Part shown: piece by piece, positions 12,560 through 26,217 of the stretch
Layout: every line of letters begins with the position of its first letter
How positions within the stretch are numbered: the first letter of the stretch is position 1
NCBI RefSeq assembly: GCF_009914755.1
Contig: NC_060927.1
Direction: 5' to 3' (one strand)
Length of the DNA: 64,000 bases
DNA from: the human T2T-CHM13v2.0 reference genome, Homo sapiens
Made by a program: the position numbers and the translations under genes
Notes under the pieces: model-generated
Told to the model about the DNA's origin: nothing
Databases searched by the model: none
What the model saw: the letters and a program-made list of their open reading frames with translations, nothing else

Positions 12560-13080
12560 AGGCTCTGATGGGGCTGACCCTGTTGGTGCTCCCAGGATGG
12601 GTATGATTCATCCCAGCCTTGACCAAACCAAGCTGTGTAGCCTCCAGCTAGTGACTGGTTCATGGAAGTGCACGTGGTCTGTGAGCCACTGAGAGGCAGC
12701 CCTAAGATCATTGCTAGGACTGCAGGGAATTAAGTGCTCCCTTCTCTTTTTCTGCTCGGTTGGCTAAGCTAGGAAGTCACCTAAAGCTTCTGAGAAGGTG
12801 GGAGGAGGGGGGCACTTTTACCACCACGCAAGGAGAGGATGTCTGAGGGTGAAGCCAGCATAAGGGAGTCAGGACTGAGAGATGGAGAGGAAGGGGTGAA
12901 TACATTCTGGACATCTTCCCAGTCCCTGGATCCAGCTGTGCCTGAAGCCTGACCTCCTATGACTGTTCAGTTACTCAAGCCAATAAGTGGAATAATGGAA
13001 ACCCCCAGTTTAACCCTTAAACCCCTTTGTGCTTAACCCAGTTTGAGATGCATTTGAGAGAAAGACTCCTAATGTCTACA
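12560..13080 (+). mobile_element. Old MLT1 (MLT1K/L-like) LTR
   Basis: ccctggatccagctgtgcctgaagc...ttcagttactcaagccaataa...gcttaacccagtttgag...cctaatgtctaca; 5' end uncertain. Confidence 0.6.
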
Positions 13081-13544
13081 GCTCATAGCCTTTTTGGAAC
13101 AAGAAAGAAAGAACGGAACTCAGAAGCAAAATATGGAGAAAGATGGATGAGGGGAGAGCACGGAATAACAGCAGGAGAAGGAAAGGAAGACAGGAGAGGG
13201 GAGGGGAGGAAAGAGGAGAGGAGAGAACGAGTGAGGAGAGTAACAGAAGGTGGCCCTGCACCCTCCAGGAGTGAGGCCAGCTGCTCCTGTCACCTCCTCT
13301 GCTATTTATATACCTTGTGGCTCTCAACATAACCTCACACCTGTTATCCCTGCCCTTCAAACACTAATTTGTTTTCCAACATTTCAGAAATGCTTTTCTT
13401 CCCTAAGAAACACTCTCTGCTGATCCAGGCTCCTCAGTTTTGAAATGCAAGTCCCCCCAGGAGGGGTAGTAAGATGAACGATATTAACTGCTGATGGGTG
13501 TGATGCTTTCATTTACAAAGCATTTTCACACTTTATTTAAGCTT

Positions 13545-13890
13545 GGAGTGAGCTCGTGGAAGTAGAGAGTAAAACTGTGGCTATTAGAGGCTGGGAAATG
13601 TAGTGGGCGGGGAGGATGGGGAGAGGTTAGTTAATGGATAGGAGGAATAAGTTGTAGTGCTTTATAGCACTATCGGGTGAACATAGTTAACAATAACTTA
13701 TTGCACATGTTCAAAAATCTGGAAGAGAGGATTTTGAATGTTCCCAACACAGAGAAATGATAAACGTTTGGGGCGATGGATATGCTAATTACCCTGATCT
13801 GCTCACTACACACGTATGGAAATACCACTCTGTACTCCATAAATATGTACAATTATTGTGTGTCCACTAAAAAGAAAAGGAAAAAAAAAA
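13545..13890 (+). mobile_element. L1MA-family 3' end with A tail, inserted in a MIR
   Basis: gaggattttgaatgttcccaacacagagaaatgataaacgtttggggcgatggatatgctaattaccctgat...aaatatgtacaattat + A-rich tail. Confidence 0.85.
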
Positions 13891-14829
13891 CTAGTGAATT
13901 AGACAGGGAAGTCTTTAGGCCTATTTTACAGATGTAGATCCAGGGTACAGAGAGATGTGCTCAAGGTCACCCAGCCCAGGGTGCTGGAGTTTGCCTCCAA
14001 GCCCCCCGACTTCCAATCCCAGCTCTCTGAGAAGCTCTGGGAGTATGGAGATAATCTGCACAACTCATTGGCTCCTCAAGATTTATCTTGGGCTTGAGGT
14101 TTAAAGAACATCCAAGGAGACACAAGTTCCACCAGTGGTAACTCTGCACGTGTTCCTTCCGCGGGGAGCTCAGAATGAGTCCCGGGTATTCCATTTCCAG
14201 AGAGAAAACGATTTAAAGATGCAGAAGGCAGTTCAAATGCTAGGGCTAGCTGAACACTCTTTCAAGTTTCTACACTGAGTGATATGGTTTCTGTTTTGGG
14301 AGGAGTAAAGTTGCTCCGATTTTAAGGAGCTGCCAACACGAAAGATGCTGGCCTCTTGCAGCCTTTGATCACAGTGCATTTCACTCTGACTTCTCAAACC
14401 TTAACAGTTGGCCCAGACCCTTTCAAATCTAGCAGGCAATTAAATTTTCACAAAAAGAAGTAGAAACTCTGGGGATAATGAGATGGGAGCAACTCAAAGG
14501 CAGTCGCTGGGCTTCTGAACAAACCAGCGAAAGGCATCGTGTAGTAGCTGTCTTTTATAATGGCGTGTCGCAGGCAGGCCAGGGCGGGAAACCTCATGTG
14601 CTAGAGCTCCACAGTAGGAATGTTCCAAGCTTCTGATGACGGCTGGAGTCAGCCCAGGGCCTGTCCTCCCAGGACGGATGGAGCTCAGCAGATGTTCCTG
14701 GGAGGTGCGGCCAACCTGGGGTACCTCACTGAGGCTCTCACTCTGATGTAATCAGAACACCAAAGGAACATCCCCTCAGCTGGGCCGTCTTCTGAGAGCT
14801 GAAAAGCACTTCAAATGCCCCATAGCCCC

Positions 14830-15625
14830 AGCTGAGCCCCATCTTTCTCTCTAGTATGCTTCTCCCTCAGTCTTCCCCATCTTGGAATATGGCCCCACAG
14901 CTGGTCAGCCTGCTGCCTGGCTCCCATCAGCCCCTTGCCCCATTACCAAATCCTGTAGATTCTATATCTAGCACCTTGCACATCCTTCCCTCTGCTACCA
15001 CCTCCTTTGCCAGCTCGCCATCCGCCTGAAGGAATGCAATACCCTCCACCTGGGTCTCCAGGACTGCCCCCTGTGATACACTCCCCAACAGAAGGGGCTT
15101 CTGGGGGCTGGATTCGAGCACATTGTAGCTTACATCCATTGACGGCCCTCCTGCAGTTAGATGAAATCCAAACCCCACACCTCTCCCCAGCCCCTCACAG
15201 CACCATCTCTTGTTCTCTAGGCTCCAGAGCATCTGTCCTTTTTCAGTGGCCCCAGTGCACAAGACTCGTTCCCACCCCAGGACCTATGTATGTACTACTC
15301 CTTCTGCCTGGAACACTCGTGCCCTGCTTTCTTCCAAGAAAATCCTTCCGATCATCCAGGTCACTGCTGAAGAATGACCTTCCATCACCCTCTAATCAAA
15401 AGCCACTCCCATTGTGCTCACATAGGGTTCTGTACAAGTCTCCCCTTGCACTTAGCCTGGAGTGGTCATTGTGTAGTTATCTGTGTGATGATGTAATTTC
15501 TGTCTTCTCCACCAGGCTGAGAGCTCCTGTGAGTAGAGAACATTTTTACTGTATACGATTACACCCTCAGAACCTAACACTGCACCTGGTATACAGACAG
15601 TGCTCAACTGATTGAATGAGTAATG
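14830..15625 (+). mobile_element. L2 3' region
   Basis: ccaaatcctgtagattcta...aaatccaaaccccac...cttctgcctggaacac...gagagctcctgtgagtagaga...tgctcaactgattgaatga. Confidence 0.75.
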
Positions 15626-15887
15626 GGAACAAGTCAGTGGATGTATGGACATATAGCCAGAGTGGGACGAGGTGGGGCACAGCTGCCTTTCATGAGACAT
15701 GTGCTATGTTGCATGGCATCATACTGGTTAACCCCCCAGCGGTCCCCTGGCATTTAAATAAGTGAATCCCTGCAATGCCTGGCACAGGGGAGTGGATCAG
15801 AATGTGTCAGCTAGTATTATCATTATCCTCATTTTACAGATGAAGAAGTTGAGGCTCAGAGAGGTGAAGTGATTTGCCCAAGGTCAC

Positions 15888-16248
15888 TGATAACGGTTTG
15901 GTTGTGTCCCCACCCAAATCTCATCTTGAATTGTAGCTCCCATAATTCCCATGTGTTGTGGGAGGGACCTAGTGGGAGATAACTGAATCATGGGGGCAGT
16001 TTCCCCCATACTGTTCTCACGGTAGTGAATAAGTCTCACAAGATCTGATGGTTTTATAAAGTGTTTCCCCTTTTGCTTGGCTTTCATTTTCTCTTGCCTG
16101 TCACCATGTGAGACGTGCCTTTTGCCTTCCGCCATGATTGTGAGGCTTCCCAGTCATGTGGAACTGTAAGTCCATTAAAACTCTTTCCTTTATAAATTAC
16201 CCAGTCTCAGGTATGTCTTTATTAGCAGCATGAGAATAGGCTAGTACA
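15888..16248 (+). mobile_element. THE1 (THE1B/C-like) MaLR solo LTR
   Basis: tgataacggtttggttgtgtccccacccaaatctcatcttgaattgtagctccc...ggctagtaca; 5-bp TSD gtcac at 15883-15887 and 16249-16253; interrupts an antisense MIR (~15812-16310). Confidence 0.95.
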
Positions 16249-17074
16249 GTCACAGAGCTAGCAAATCACAGTCAGGATTTGAACCCAGTCTGACTCTGCA
16301 CTTAATATCTTGCCTCTCCAAGGGGCTGAAGAAGACCACCCAGCATCTCATGCAAAAGCTGTATCCCTTGTTCATTTTAGAACATGCCTCTGTGAGGAAC
16401 TCGACAAGACAACGTTCCTGCTCTTAGAGGACTCAGAATGTGGATGAGGTCTGCTAGTATATGAACAGTTGTGACACTGCATCTGGGAGGTGCAGTGATT
16501 CTCTTGAGTGCCATGGGTGGGGAGAAAAGCCCTTATGGTAGAGAGATCAGATGAGCTGCACCTTCAGGTGCTTACCAGGGGCTAGAGGCAGTGAGGAGGG
16601 CTCCTCAGGCTGGCAGGACATCAAGAGGAGTCCCATGGCAGTCTGACTGGTACGAGGAGGAACAGTGAGTAGCTTGGTGTGGCTGAAGAGTTGGGCATGA
16701 GCTTGTGCGTGGGTGGGGGAGTTACTATTCTTAGTCTCCTAAGTGGTATGTTCTCAGAATGAGCTGCCCTCCAGGGGTGGGGCTTCTGCCTCATTTTCCC
16801 TCACTAGTCTATGGGTCTTCTCTTGCTGGGTCTTGGGGAAGGAGGGAAGACTCAGTGGGCAACAGCAGCTGGATATCTGATTCCCTGAATCACCCCTTTC
16901 CCTGACCCCTCACCTCCAGCGCCTTTCAATCTCTAGTCCTCCATCTCTTTTTAGGACCTCCACCCTGCCCAAACAGTCTTTTTCCTTCAGGAGGACTAGG
17001 AATTTTTGGACCTCAAGTTGATCATTGAATTGGTAGCAGTGTTATGTAAATATTCAAGAATTGGGCAAACATAT

Positions 17075-17190
17075 GAGTACTAGAATATTCACTGCAACGT
17101 TGCTTATTAGAAAAATTGTAAACAACCTAAATGCCCATCAATGGGGATTCGTTAAATAAATTATGGAATACCCATCCTTATAATCTATGA
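17075..17190 (+). mobile_element. Old L1M fragment
   Basis: aaacaacctaaatgcccatcaatggggattcgttaaataaattatggaatacccat. Confidence 0.7.
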
Positions 17191-17454
17191 GGAATATGAT
17201 TTTCTTTGCATAAGGTGTGTTGCAATTATGTATGTATGTATAATCAATTTGGTTTTCCTCTTTGCTTTGGCTGCTAGGAAACTCAAAACCAAATTTAAAG
17301 CATACATGCTTTGAATGAACCTTCTTATGGTTCCATCCTATTTTCTACCATTATGTTCTGATTCCCTAGTTAATTTCTTTTCAACTTTGTCATATTGTAT
17401 AAATAGGCTGACACAAGTCCTTTCTGTTTTTCCTTTTTTAAAAATTGATAGAGC

Positions 17455-17705
17455 AGTAATGATATAGGTAACTTATATTGAGGGTTGGCTGTATGCCAGG
17501 CACTGAGCCGGAACTTTGCATGTATTATTTCACCTGATTCTCACATTAAGCAATGAAGGAGACGCTATCAACACTGCTTTACAGATGAGGAAACTGAAGC
17601 CCAGAGGGGTTAAGTGACTTTTGCATGGTCACACTGCTGAGCAGTGGCTGGATCAGGAATAAAGCCCAGTTTCACCTGACCCTAGGAGCTAGCATCCTAA
17701 CAACT
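17455..17705 (-). mobile_element. MIR, near full length
   Basis: tatgccaggcactg...tttacagatgaggaaactgaagcccagaggggttaagtgact. Confidence 0.85.
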
Positions 17706-18094
17706 CTTCCGCACTAACTCCTGGCAAATCAATAATCCAATTAGGCCACAACAAAACTGCTCTGACCCTCATTGGATGGGTAAACAGGATGTTATGTGGC
17801 TTTCCCCCTTCCACTCTCACAGGTGAGATGGTCAGGCATTGTTGGTTTGGGGTTGACGTGTAAGGTCTGAGAATCAGGGCTTCCTTGCACCTGGAGGGTG
17901 GGGAAGCCCAGAGGCTGGGTATCCAGCTCCCGCTACTTGCATCCTTTCTTTGCATCAGCTGCACAGTCTGACTACAGACAGGGCAAGACTGGGGCTGATG
18001 CTGTGGCTGCTGCCTCTGAGCACCCAGTACTGTGCAGCCCAGGCTTCTGAAAGAGGACAGGAAGTAAACTAGGCCAGTGTTCCAGCCACCTGAC

Positions 18095-18290
18095 TATGAA
18101 TATTTCATTTACTCTCTGAAAACAACTCTCAGAGGACAGTATTAGCATCCCCATTTTGCAGAAGAGGAAACTGAAGCCCAGAGAGGCTAAGCAACTTGTC
18201 AAAAACCACACAACTTTTGGTCCAAGAACACACAGCAACTTGTCCAAGAACACACAGTGGAGCCAGGTTTAGAACCAAGTCTGTTTATGC
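18095..18290 (-). mobile_element. MIR with internal 22-bp triplication (18191-18256)
   Basis: ccccattttgcagaagaggaaactgaagcccagagagg; gcaacttgtcMaaRaMcacaca-like unit three times. Confidence 0.8.
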
Positions 18291-18559
18291 CTTAACTTCC
18301 CCACCTGTGGAACTCAGTTCCACCTTGTAACTACAGCAAACTAGCTCACACTTCTGACCATGTGTTTTCATGGGGCTGCCACTCCAGGAACTTACCCCAA
18401 GCCCTGGTGAGAAAGAAACTTCAGGGTACAACCAGATCCATTCTAGGTCTAGCCTTGGCTCTGAGGCTTAGAATCTCGATCTTGTCAGCTGAGTCTAGAG
18501 GACCTGTCTGTCAGAAAAAGACTCATATAACCAATCCCTTGGGGGCTGATCAATAATAC

Positions 18560-18710
18560 CCATAGGCTGGCAGCAACCTTCTTCTGTTGCTGCTCACCTG
18601 GGCTGTCCTATTTGGCTTCAGCTCTTTTGTTCCCGGTGCAACCAATTCCCTGCATTAAATTTCTTCTGTTTGAAATACCTGGAGTGGATTCTATTTTCCT
18701 GATTGGCTCC
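18560..18710 (+). mobile_element. LTR33-like ERVL LTR 3' end
   Basis: ccaattccctgcattaaatttcttctgtttgaaatacctggagtggattctattttcctgattgg. Confidence 0.55.
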
Positions 18711-19179
18711 CTGCCCCTCCATCCCTATTCTCCAGCTAAGTCTGCTCCACCGGTGGCTATTAAGCCAGCAGCTCCTCCCATCCTCCTCCCCAACAGTGGG
18801 GGCATGCTCCTTGCCAGAATTGTCTGCCTTTAGCTCAACCCTGGCTCCAGGCTGATCTTGTCTCCCCCTGTCTAAAACGTTCCCTTCCCCTCCCCTCTCC
18901 CCTACAGATTCTAGTGTGTATGACTTTTCATTTTGGAACTGTCCCAGGATGTCCCTGATCTCTTCCACTGTGAATTGATTTTGTGGCCAGAGCCTCCTAA
19001 TTCTTAGAGGCCTTGCTACTCCTTTATGTGCCACTTACACACCCTTTAGGAATGATGGCAATGACACCTACCATTACTGGGCTTCTACCTTCTGCCAGCT
19101 GTGTGCTGCCAGGTGCTACAAGGACATGATCTCATTTTTTTCTGATGATAACTCTGCATCCCAACAATTCCCAGATAGG

Positions 19180-19646
19180 ACAGATTTCCTATTGTTCTCT
19201 CAAATGCACTCTCCTACTCTCCCAGAGTAATTGAGAGTTGTCTGGGTACACGGCTGCTTAGATAGACCACATTTTCCAGCCTTCTCTGCAGCTAGGTGTA
19301 GCCATGTGACTAAATCCTCATCTGAATGGAAGATGAGTAGAAATAATATGTGTCACTTCTAGGACTTGACTTAAAACACTGGGGGGTGTGTGTCTTCCAC
19401 CTGGTCCCTGGAACTGTGAATGCAATGTGCCTGGGACACAGATCCCACCATGTAAATGAGGACAATATCCTAAGGGGTGGCAGAGCAACAGAATGCAAGG
19501 AACCTGGGTCAATGCATGACCTCGTGGAGTAGAGCACTCTTGGCAGGCTAGAGCAGCCAATTTAGACCCTAGAAAAAGTTTTCTACCCTGCTATTTGGAG
19601 GTCTCTTTGTTGCAGCAACCTAGCCTTTATTATCCTAACTAATACA
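19180..19646 (+). mobile_element. MLT1J-like MaLR LTR
   Basis: cattttccagccttctctgcagctaggtgtagccatgtgactaa...ggcagagcaacaga...tttgttgcagcaacctagcc...cctaactaataca. Confidence 0.75.
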
Positions 19647-20254
19647 TTCTATGAAGGAAGCACAGCTTGGGAAGGTAAATGACTGTGTCCGGGTTTCCCT
19701 AGACCTCTGTGATTTCTGCTGTTCCCCATCTCTCGCGTGGGCTTAGTCACCAGGTCCTGACAACTCTAATTCTGAAAGCCTCTGGAATCTGTTTTGCTTC
19801 TCTGCCTCCTTGGCCATATCTCTGGCTCGAGTCCTCATTGTCTGTTGCCTAGACTACTGCAACAGCCTCTTGATCACTGGGGTCCCCTCCAGCCCAGACA
19901 TTACATTGTTGGGCAAATTATTTTTCTAAACTCAGAACTGATGGTGTGACTGCCAGATTTAAACCCCAGCTGCCTGAGGTCTGGGGTCCTGTGGCATTCA
20001 TAGTTGGTCTTCAATGTGGAGCCTCCAGTCTTCAGGCCAGAGGGGTAGTAGAGAATCAGACAAACCTGGATTCAAATCTTGGCTTCACCTATTGCTAGCT
20101 GGTGACTTGGCTAAGTTACTTCAACAAACGTAATACAGTGATTAAGAGAATGAACTCTGGAGTTAGAGTGGCTGAGTCCCAGTCCTTCTTACTAGCTGTG
20201 TGGCCTTGGGCAAGCGAATAAAACTCTCTGTGCCTCATCATTTGCTTTCCCTCA

Positions 20255-20545
20255 CTTCATCCATCCATCCTTCCACCTACCGACCCCCTCAGCTGTCTAT
20301 CCACCTATCTACCTTCCCATCTGTCCACCCACTCATCCACCCACCCATGTATCTGTCTGTCTGCCTACTATGTCTATTCATCCATGAGTCCAGATGTTCA
20401 CCAGCTATCTGCCCATGCACCCACCCCTCCTTCCACTGATTTCTCCACCCACCCTCCAACTCTCTTATTCATCCATCCACCTATCAGTCCATCCATCCAG
20501 CTTATCCATCTGTCCCTCGATTCCATTATCTGTTGATACCCACTG
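20255..20545. repeat. Degenerate (TCCA)n low-complexity tract
   Basis: Many catcc/ccaccc/ctatc units. Confidence 0.8.
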
Positions 20546-20689
20546 TTCACCCACTAGTTAGTGGGGAAACCAAGTTCAATAAATGACTTCAGAGACCCGG
20601 GGTAAGAGCTGATGTTCATGCTCATATGCAAGGTCCTAGCTAATTAGGAGGCAGGGCAGGATTCAGTACAGGGCCTTTGTTTCTATCCA

Positions 20690-21440
20690 CTGTGCTGGTG
20701 GCTCTTGGTCCCATTGGATCCAACATCATTTTACTTTTTTTCTTTATCTTCCAAGAAAATTCACACATCATATAACCTACCAATACACATAATTTCAAAA
20801 AGGCATATGATGCCCCAACTGTAATAAAGAAGAGAAATAAAATGAAAGTCATTTATAACAACAAGATGTGCTTTTCCAGTGTGACTATAATGAGACAGTC
20901 AGATAATGGATCCTACTTGGGATGAATTAGTTTAGATTGAAGAGAAGGCAACGTTCAACGGAATATTGTCGCCTCTTTTCTTTATAGTTGACATTTTGAT
21001 GTGAGGGCTAAATAAATACATTCATAGATATACATCAAATCACTGGAAATGTGACAGTTACTAACACAGACAGGGTGGCTGTAACAGCAGTGGGACCTGA
21101 GTGACATGCTGGTTCTGAGTTTTTAACATGGGGCCAGTTCTTGGTGAAGTTCTGAACAAAATGAAGGACAGTTTTCCATCAATTTCCTTGATTGTCTAAT
21201 TCCTGGAAATTTCAGGATATATTAGTGGGTTAAGATTTAACACAAAGTCAGGTTCTGGGTTCAGATACGTACAAACAGGATTTCCACTGATATAAACATC
21301 CAATAAGACATCCGACACTGTGCCAGTTGTATGATAGGTCTTCAATGTGTGGGGCCCATGCTTGGTTCTTGTGCCCTGCCACTGTGACAGCTTAGAACTC
21401 TCCCATTCCCTCTCCTCACCATAACTGGGGAGACCCATTG
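20690..21440. mobile_element. MER20B-like hAT-Charlie DNA transposon remnant
   Basis: ttcttggtgaagttctgaacaaaa...attcctggaaatttcaggatatatta...aggttctgggttcagata...aaacaggatttccac; ends gagacccattg then atctagac. Confidence 0.55.
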
Positions 21441-21799
21441 ATATCTAGACCAGCCCCTCCTTCTAGAGGTGTCTCTCCTGGTGTCAATCTTCCTCCCAAC
21501 CACAATCTAACTGGGGCCAGAGGCTTCATTTTAGCCATAGCTAATCAAAGCCTACCCAGGGACAGAATGCCCTTTTGGAATTTAGGGGGCCACATGTTGC
21601 AGTGAAAGTGGGTTTGCAACCACAAGTCCTGAAACAAAAGTCTCAGCTCTATGACCTCAGGGAATTCTGCAGGCCTCTCTGAGCTTCTGTTTCTGGGATC
21701 ACCAAATGGACATGATAATGTCTCCTGTGTTAGGAGACAGGCAAATCTAACCTGCATTTGCTCAGTCTAATTTTGTTGATGCTGATAGGAATGCCATAT

Positions 21800-22035
21800 A
21801 GGGGGGTGTGGGCTCAGGAGCCTGCCAGCCTGGCTGTGCAATCTGACAGCCTCCCTTATCAGCTGGGTGGTCTTGGGCATGACTTCTGTGAGTCTCAGTT
21901 TCCTCTTCTGAAAAATAGAGATGATGACAGGGGCTGCTTCACAAGATCATTGTGAAAATTTCATGAGAAAATTCATGCAAAGTGTTTTCCACAGGTGCTT
22001 CGTTTAGAGCAAGCCCTCAATAAGTATTAGTTATT
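21800..22035 (+). mobile_element. MIR
   Basis: tctgtgagtctcagtttcctcttctgaaaaatagagatgatga...ctcaataagtattagttatt. Confidence 0.8.
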
Positions 22036-23569
22036 CAAGTTATTATTTCTATTGATAATTAATCATGGAACATGGGGAATGTGTGCTTGGCTTGAGGAAT
22101 AGGATGTGGTGATGGAAAACAATACCAGCCTGGGAGCTTCTTGAGGGCTGAGACTGCGTTTCATCCACTTTGGCCCTCTCAGTGGGTGCTCAGGGAACAA
22201 ATGAATGGTTATTGGTTTCATGGTGAGGATTGATGAATGGTCAAACTGTACCGATAGGGACCATGAAGAGTGAGTAAATTGTGTGAAGGTGGCAGCATTG
22301 ACTGTCTTCTGAGAAGGGCTAAGACAGTATATCCTGTTTGGCCAACTCCAAAAATGACACCTGTACCCAGGTGAGGGGAAGGCAAAGGTGAAGAGGCCCT
22401 TTGTGGCTGGAGCAGGCTCTGTCCCTCAGCAGAGTTAAGAACAAAGAGGGCGAGCCTGGTCCTGCCCAGAGTGGGCTCAGGCTGTGCCCCTGACACTGTA
22501 GGTCCTGCAGCCTTAGGTGCAGGGCTGCTGCCACACCAAGGACAGCTCGCTTACCTCTGCCGGCCACAAAGGAAGAATGGGGAGGCCCATGGGGTGCTTT
22601 CCTGGACCCCGGTACTGTGAACCAAGCCAGCTTGCTCATCCAGTGCCATATTCTCCACCCTCCACAACCATACACCAAAGCCATGAGTGTCCAGGAGGTT
22701 TTCAAAGCAGCTTTTAGGCACCTGGTAGGATCAGGGCTCATGGGTGTCCCATGGTGTGAAAACCCACACACTTGATGTTCAGAGAAAGAAAAATCTCCTG
22801 AACATGAGGCCCAGCAGAGAAAGCCTAGATTCTCTAAGCTTGAAACAGACAGGTTCAGGAGGCTGAAACTCAGGGGGAAGCTTGCTTCCTGCACTTCAGT
22901 TCTGGCTGTTGAACAATTAGTCTACTACCAGCTATTTATGGTTTTCACTGCTTCAGAAATGTCCCTTTGGACTCAAGGCCTCAGGAAACCACGGCCTCCT
23001 GTTCAGTTTGGGAATCGTGTGTGACTTCCTTATAAGCTCAGGCAACATCCCTGAATAACCACTCAGATGCTTTTCCCAATGTGTTCCCAGGCTCAGCCAT
23101 TGGCTCCAGACCTATAGCCGTGTCTTTCTGTTTGCCTGGTTTCCACTGCTCAGAATGCAGACAAGCAGCTGTGGCTGTCACATAGCCTCGGTCTTCCATT
23201 TTCCCTGCCTGGCTTTTGTTTGAACAACAGACAGGCAAAATAAAACCCTACCAGCCGACAGTGTCAGGGACAAAAAGAAAGAATATAGAGTTGCCATCAG
23301 CTAGAAACAACAACTTGCCGAATATAACTTCTGCAGCTGCTGCTATATGCAGACTCTTCCCCATCTCGATGGATCCTCCTCTTAACCCTGGGACGTGGTA
23401 TCGCTGTTCACTTTTTCCAGATGAGGAAACTGAGGAGGGGTGACATGAATGATCTGAGCTCACACTCCAGGGAGTATCAGAGCCAAGCGTCAAGTCCTTA
23501 TGTGGCCCCAAAGCCCTTGCTCCACCCAAGAGAAATAGGGAAAAATGTGACAATTATAAAAACAATCGC

Positions 23570-23780
23570 TCCTCTTTATTGAGCACCTACTGTATTCAAG
23601 ACACTATCCTGGCTACGCAGGTGATATATTTTAACGGGAGCCACCCCTCACTCACATCCCTAGTGGGAAGAATTAACCCTATTTTGCAGGTGAGGAAACA
23701 GAAGCAGCAGCTTGGGAAGGTGAAGTGACTTGCCCTCGGTCCCACGGTGAGGAAGTGCTAGAAATAGGATTGGGGGCCAA
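23570..23780 (-). mobile_element. MIR
   Basis: tttattgagcacctact...cctattttgcaggtgaggaaacaga...gtgaagtgacttgccc. Confidence 0.75.
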
Positions 23781-23819
23781 CTCTTTTCACTCCTTTCCTC
23801 TCCCAAGGAGTGATACAGA

Positions 23820-24010
23820 TGCTTCTAGATGGCACCCTGACCAGTATTTTTTTTCTTATTTTAGTAGTTATAGATTATTTTTATGAACCAGAAAAAAAAT
23901 GTGCAACTAGCATGTAATCCCTGACCTCATGGATATTAATCCTTAGGATGAAGCTAAGATGGACAGTGAGGACAGGGAGTCAGTTCAAGGAAGAATATTA
24001 AGGTGTACCG
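23820..24010. mobile_element. MER113-like hAT fragment
   Basis: actagcatg...ggatattaatccttaggatgaagctaa...aaggaagaatattaag. Confidence 0.5.
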
Positions 24011-26217
24011 TTCAGAGCTTTTTGGAGTGTGTGAGCTTGAAGGGGCTCAGGTGTAACACTCTGGGGTGAAAGTGAAGGAGGTGAGGCAAGTCCCGAAGTG
24101 AAGGGACTTGCTGAGGGTCAACAACCGGAGGCTGAACCCTAACACCCACTAAAGCTAGGTTCACAGCATAGACTGCTCTTTTTGGTCCCAGGCTTGCCTC
24201 CACCTACTGGCTCTATTTGCCTAACACAGACTGGGATACCTATTTGGCCAGAAGTCTTTAGAGAAGTTCCAGGAGTTGAAAGACAGAAAACAAAATTGGG
24301 AAGCTAAACTGGTAGCCTAGCCTGGGGCCATTTTGATGGAAGAATATTTAAAATCCAGCCCGGCCCACCAGATTGCCCCTAGGACACTGGTCATTTACTT
24401 TGGATGCCTGATGTCTGAACCCCTTCCTCTGTTTGGGGAGCTGCCCATCTTGTGACTCAGAACCCACCTTCCCATTGAAGAAGCTGCAGATGCCTCTAGC
24501 GTCCTTCACTGTGCAGGGTCAGACTCGAGTTCCAGCTCTGCCACTAATTCACTCTAAAATAAAGGGCCCGTTCAGGTATCTTCCAAGAGCACTCTGAGCT
24601 GGGAAATTGAACTAGACAGGTTCCAAGGCTAATTACAAGCTGACATTTTATGATTTGATGACTAAAGTGCTCATTGTGGAATTGCAGGCGGCAGCAGTTT
24701 GGTGAGTGGGAGGGATTTGCAGCAGAGGGAGCTGCCTGGCACCCCTCGACTCACATCACTAAGGCGACCACCCACTCTGCTTAGCTGTGAGGTCAGCTTG
24801 GTCCATTGTTAGTGATTTTAAGAAACCAGTGTCTCCCCAGTAGGCCGGGCTGGAGCCATCATGGGCTCTACTTGTTGCACCTGAAACAATGAAATATTTA
24901 TCAAAATATCTCAGTTGATTTTTCCCTCGTAATTAAGGCAGGGTTAAGAAGGTGGATTCCTCACTTTCTCCAGCCAAAGTTATCTGAACACAAAGGCTGG
25001 CCTCTTGGTGGAGAGAGTTACATGGAAACCCCTCTGGCGTGTTGAGCAATGACCTGGCACAAGTCAGTCCCTGCTGGAACCCAGCCCAAAACTCCATTGG
25101 CGAGAGGCAAAGGCTCCCTGCCCCCTGCAATGAGACCTACTCTCCCCAGGACTTCGCAGCACCTCAACGCCCTGCTGTACTGACCAAGGCCTGAAAGGCC
25201 CTCCTCACTGCCATGCCCCGAGAGGCCCACTTTGCCCATCTGAGGCCCCTACTCTCCAATCCTTAATGAAGATAAATTCTCACTGCCATTACTGAAGCAC
25301 ACAAGGAAAGCTAGGTTTAAATATAAAATTCTGGGTCAGTGAGTTGGCCTGCTTCATTCTTTTCACATATCCCAGGCCACAAACGAAAAGAGACAAATTT
25401 CTCTGCATCTCCGTTGCTCTAAGAATTTACATTGAACTGGTGGTGGGGGAAAGGTGGAAGTTTGGGGAGGAAGAAGGTGTTCTGGAAGTTTCTTCATGCT
25501 GTGGTTACATGAAGTGAAGAAGGCAGAATATTCCCCAAACCAACTTGGTGTCCACAGGGCCAATGCCATTGCCGTGGGGTTCTCTAGCTCCCCCAAGATG
25601 GGCAGAAGCTGGGGAAGGTCCTTGTATGAGGCCAGGAGGACTGCCTGGTGGTGCCAGGAACAGAGCCTTCAGCAGGGATGCCAGAGGGCCAGGTAGGTGA
25701 CTCGTGGCCTCACGCCCCATGGGCTGTGAGAACCCACTGTACCACACAAGGCCAGGGGAGCCAGCATGCTGCCTGGAGTCCCTAGAGGTAGGTTGCCTGG
25801 AGGAGGGGCCGCTGAACTGGCTGCAGAAGCCTGGGCCGTTTCCATAAGAAAGAGTCCACGTGAGCAAGGCATGGACATGGGCATGGGACCATCAGTCTGG
25901 CAAGAGTTGGGGGCCTAGAAGGAGAGGAAAGCCAGATAAGCTCAGCCAGGCTACTCAGCTCAGCTCCTAGTAGCACTGAACGCCAAGCTCAAAGCTTTGG
26001 ATGGGCTTGGAAGGGGTTGAAGAAAGTCACAATCACTGTGGTGGGGAGGTCGGGTGCTCCCTTGTTTAAATGCACCCTGGATGACTCCTTAACTGAAGGA
26101 AATGAGCATCGTTGGGTTCCCACTCAGCACCCAGCAGTGTCCTGTGTCGCTTCTGGCACCTTGGCCAATCCTTTAAACAGTCTGGTGAGATAGCAATTCC
26201 TTATCTCTAAAACGGAG

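Noticed and set aside
15007-15615. 202-aa ORF, the longest in the track
   Set aside because: Lies in a decayed L2, non-ATG start, no recognisable domain
22527-22548. REST/RE1-like site (cacaccaaggacagctc)
   Set aside because: Only the right half matches; the left TCAGCACC half is broken
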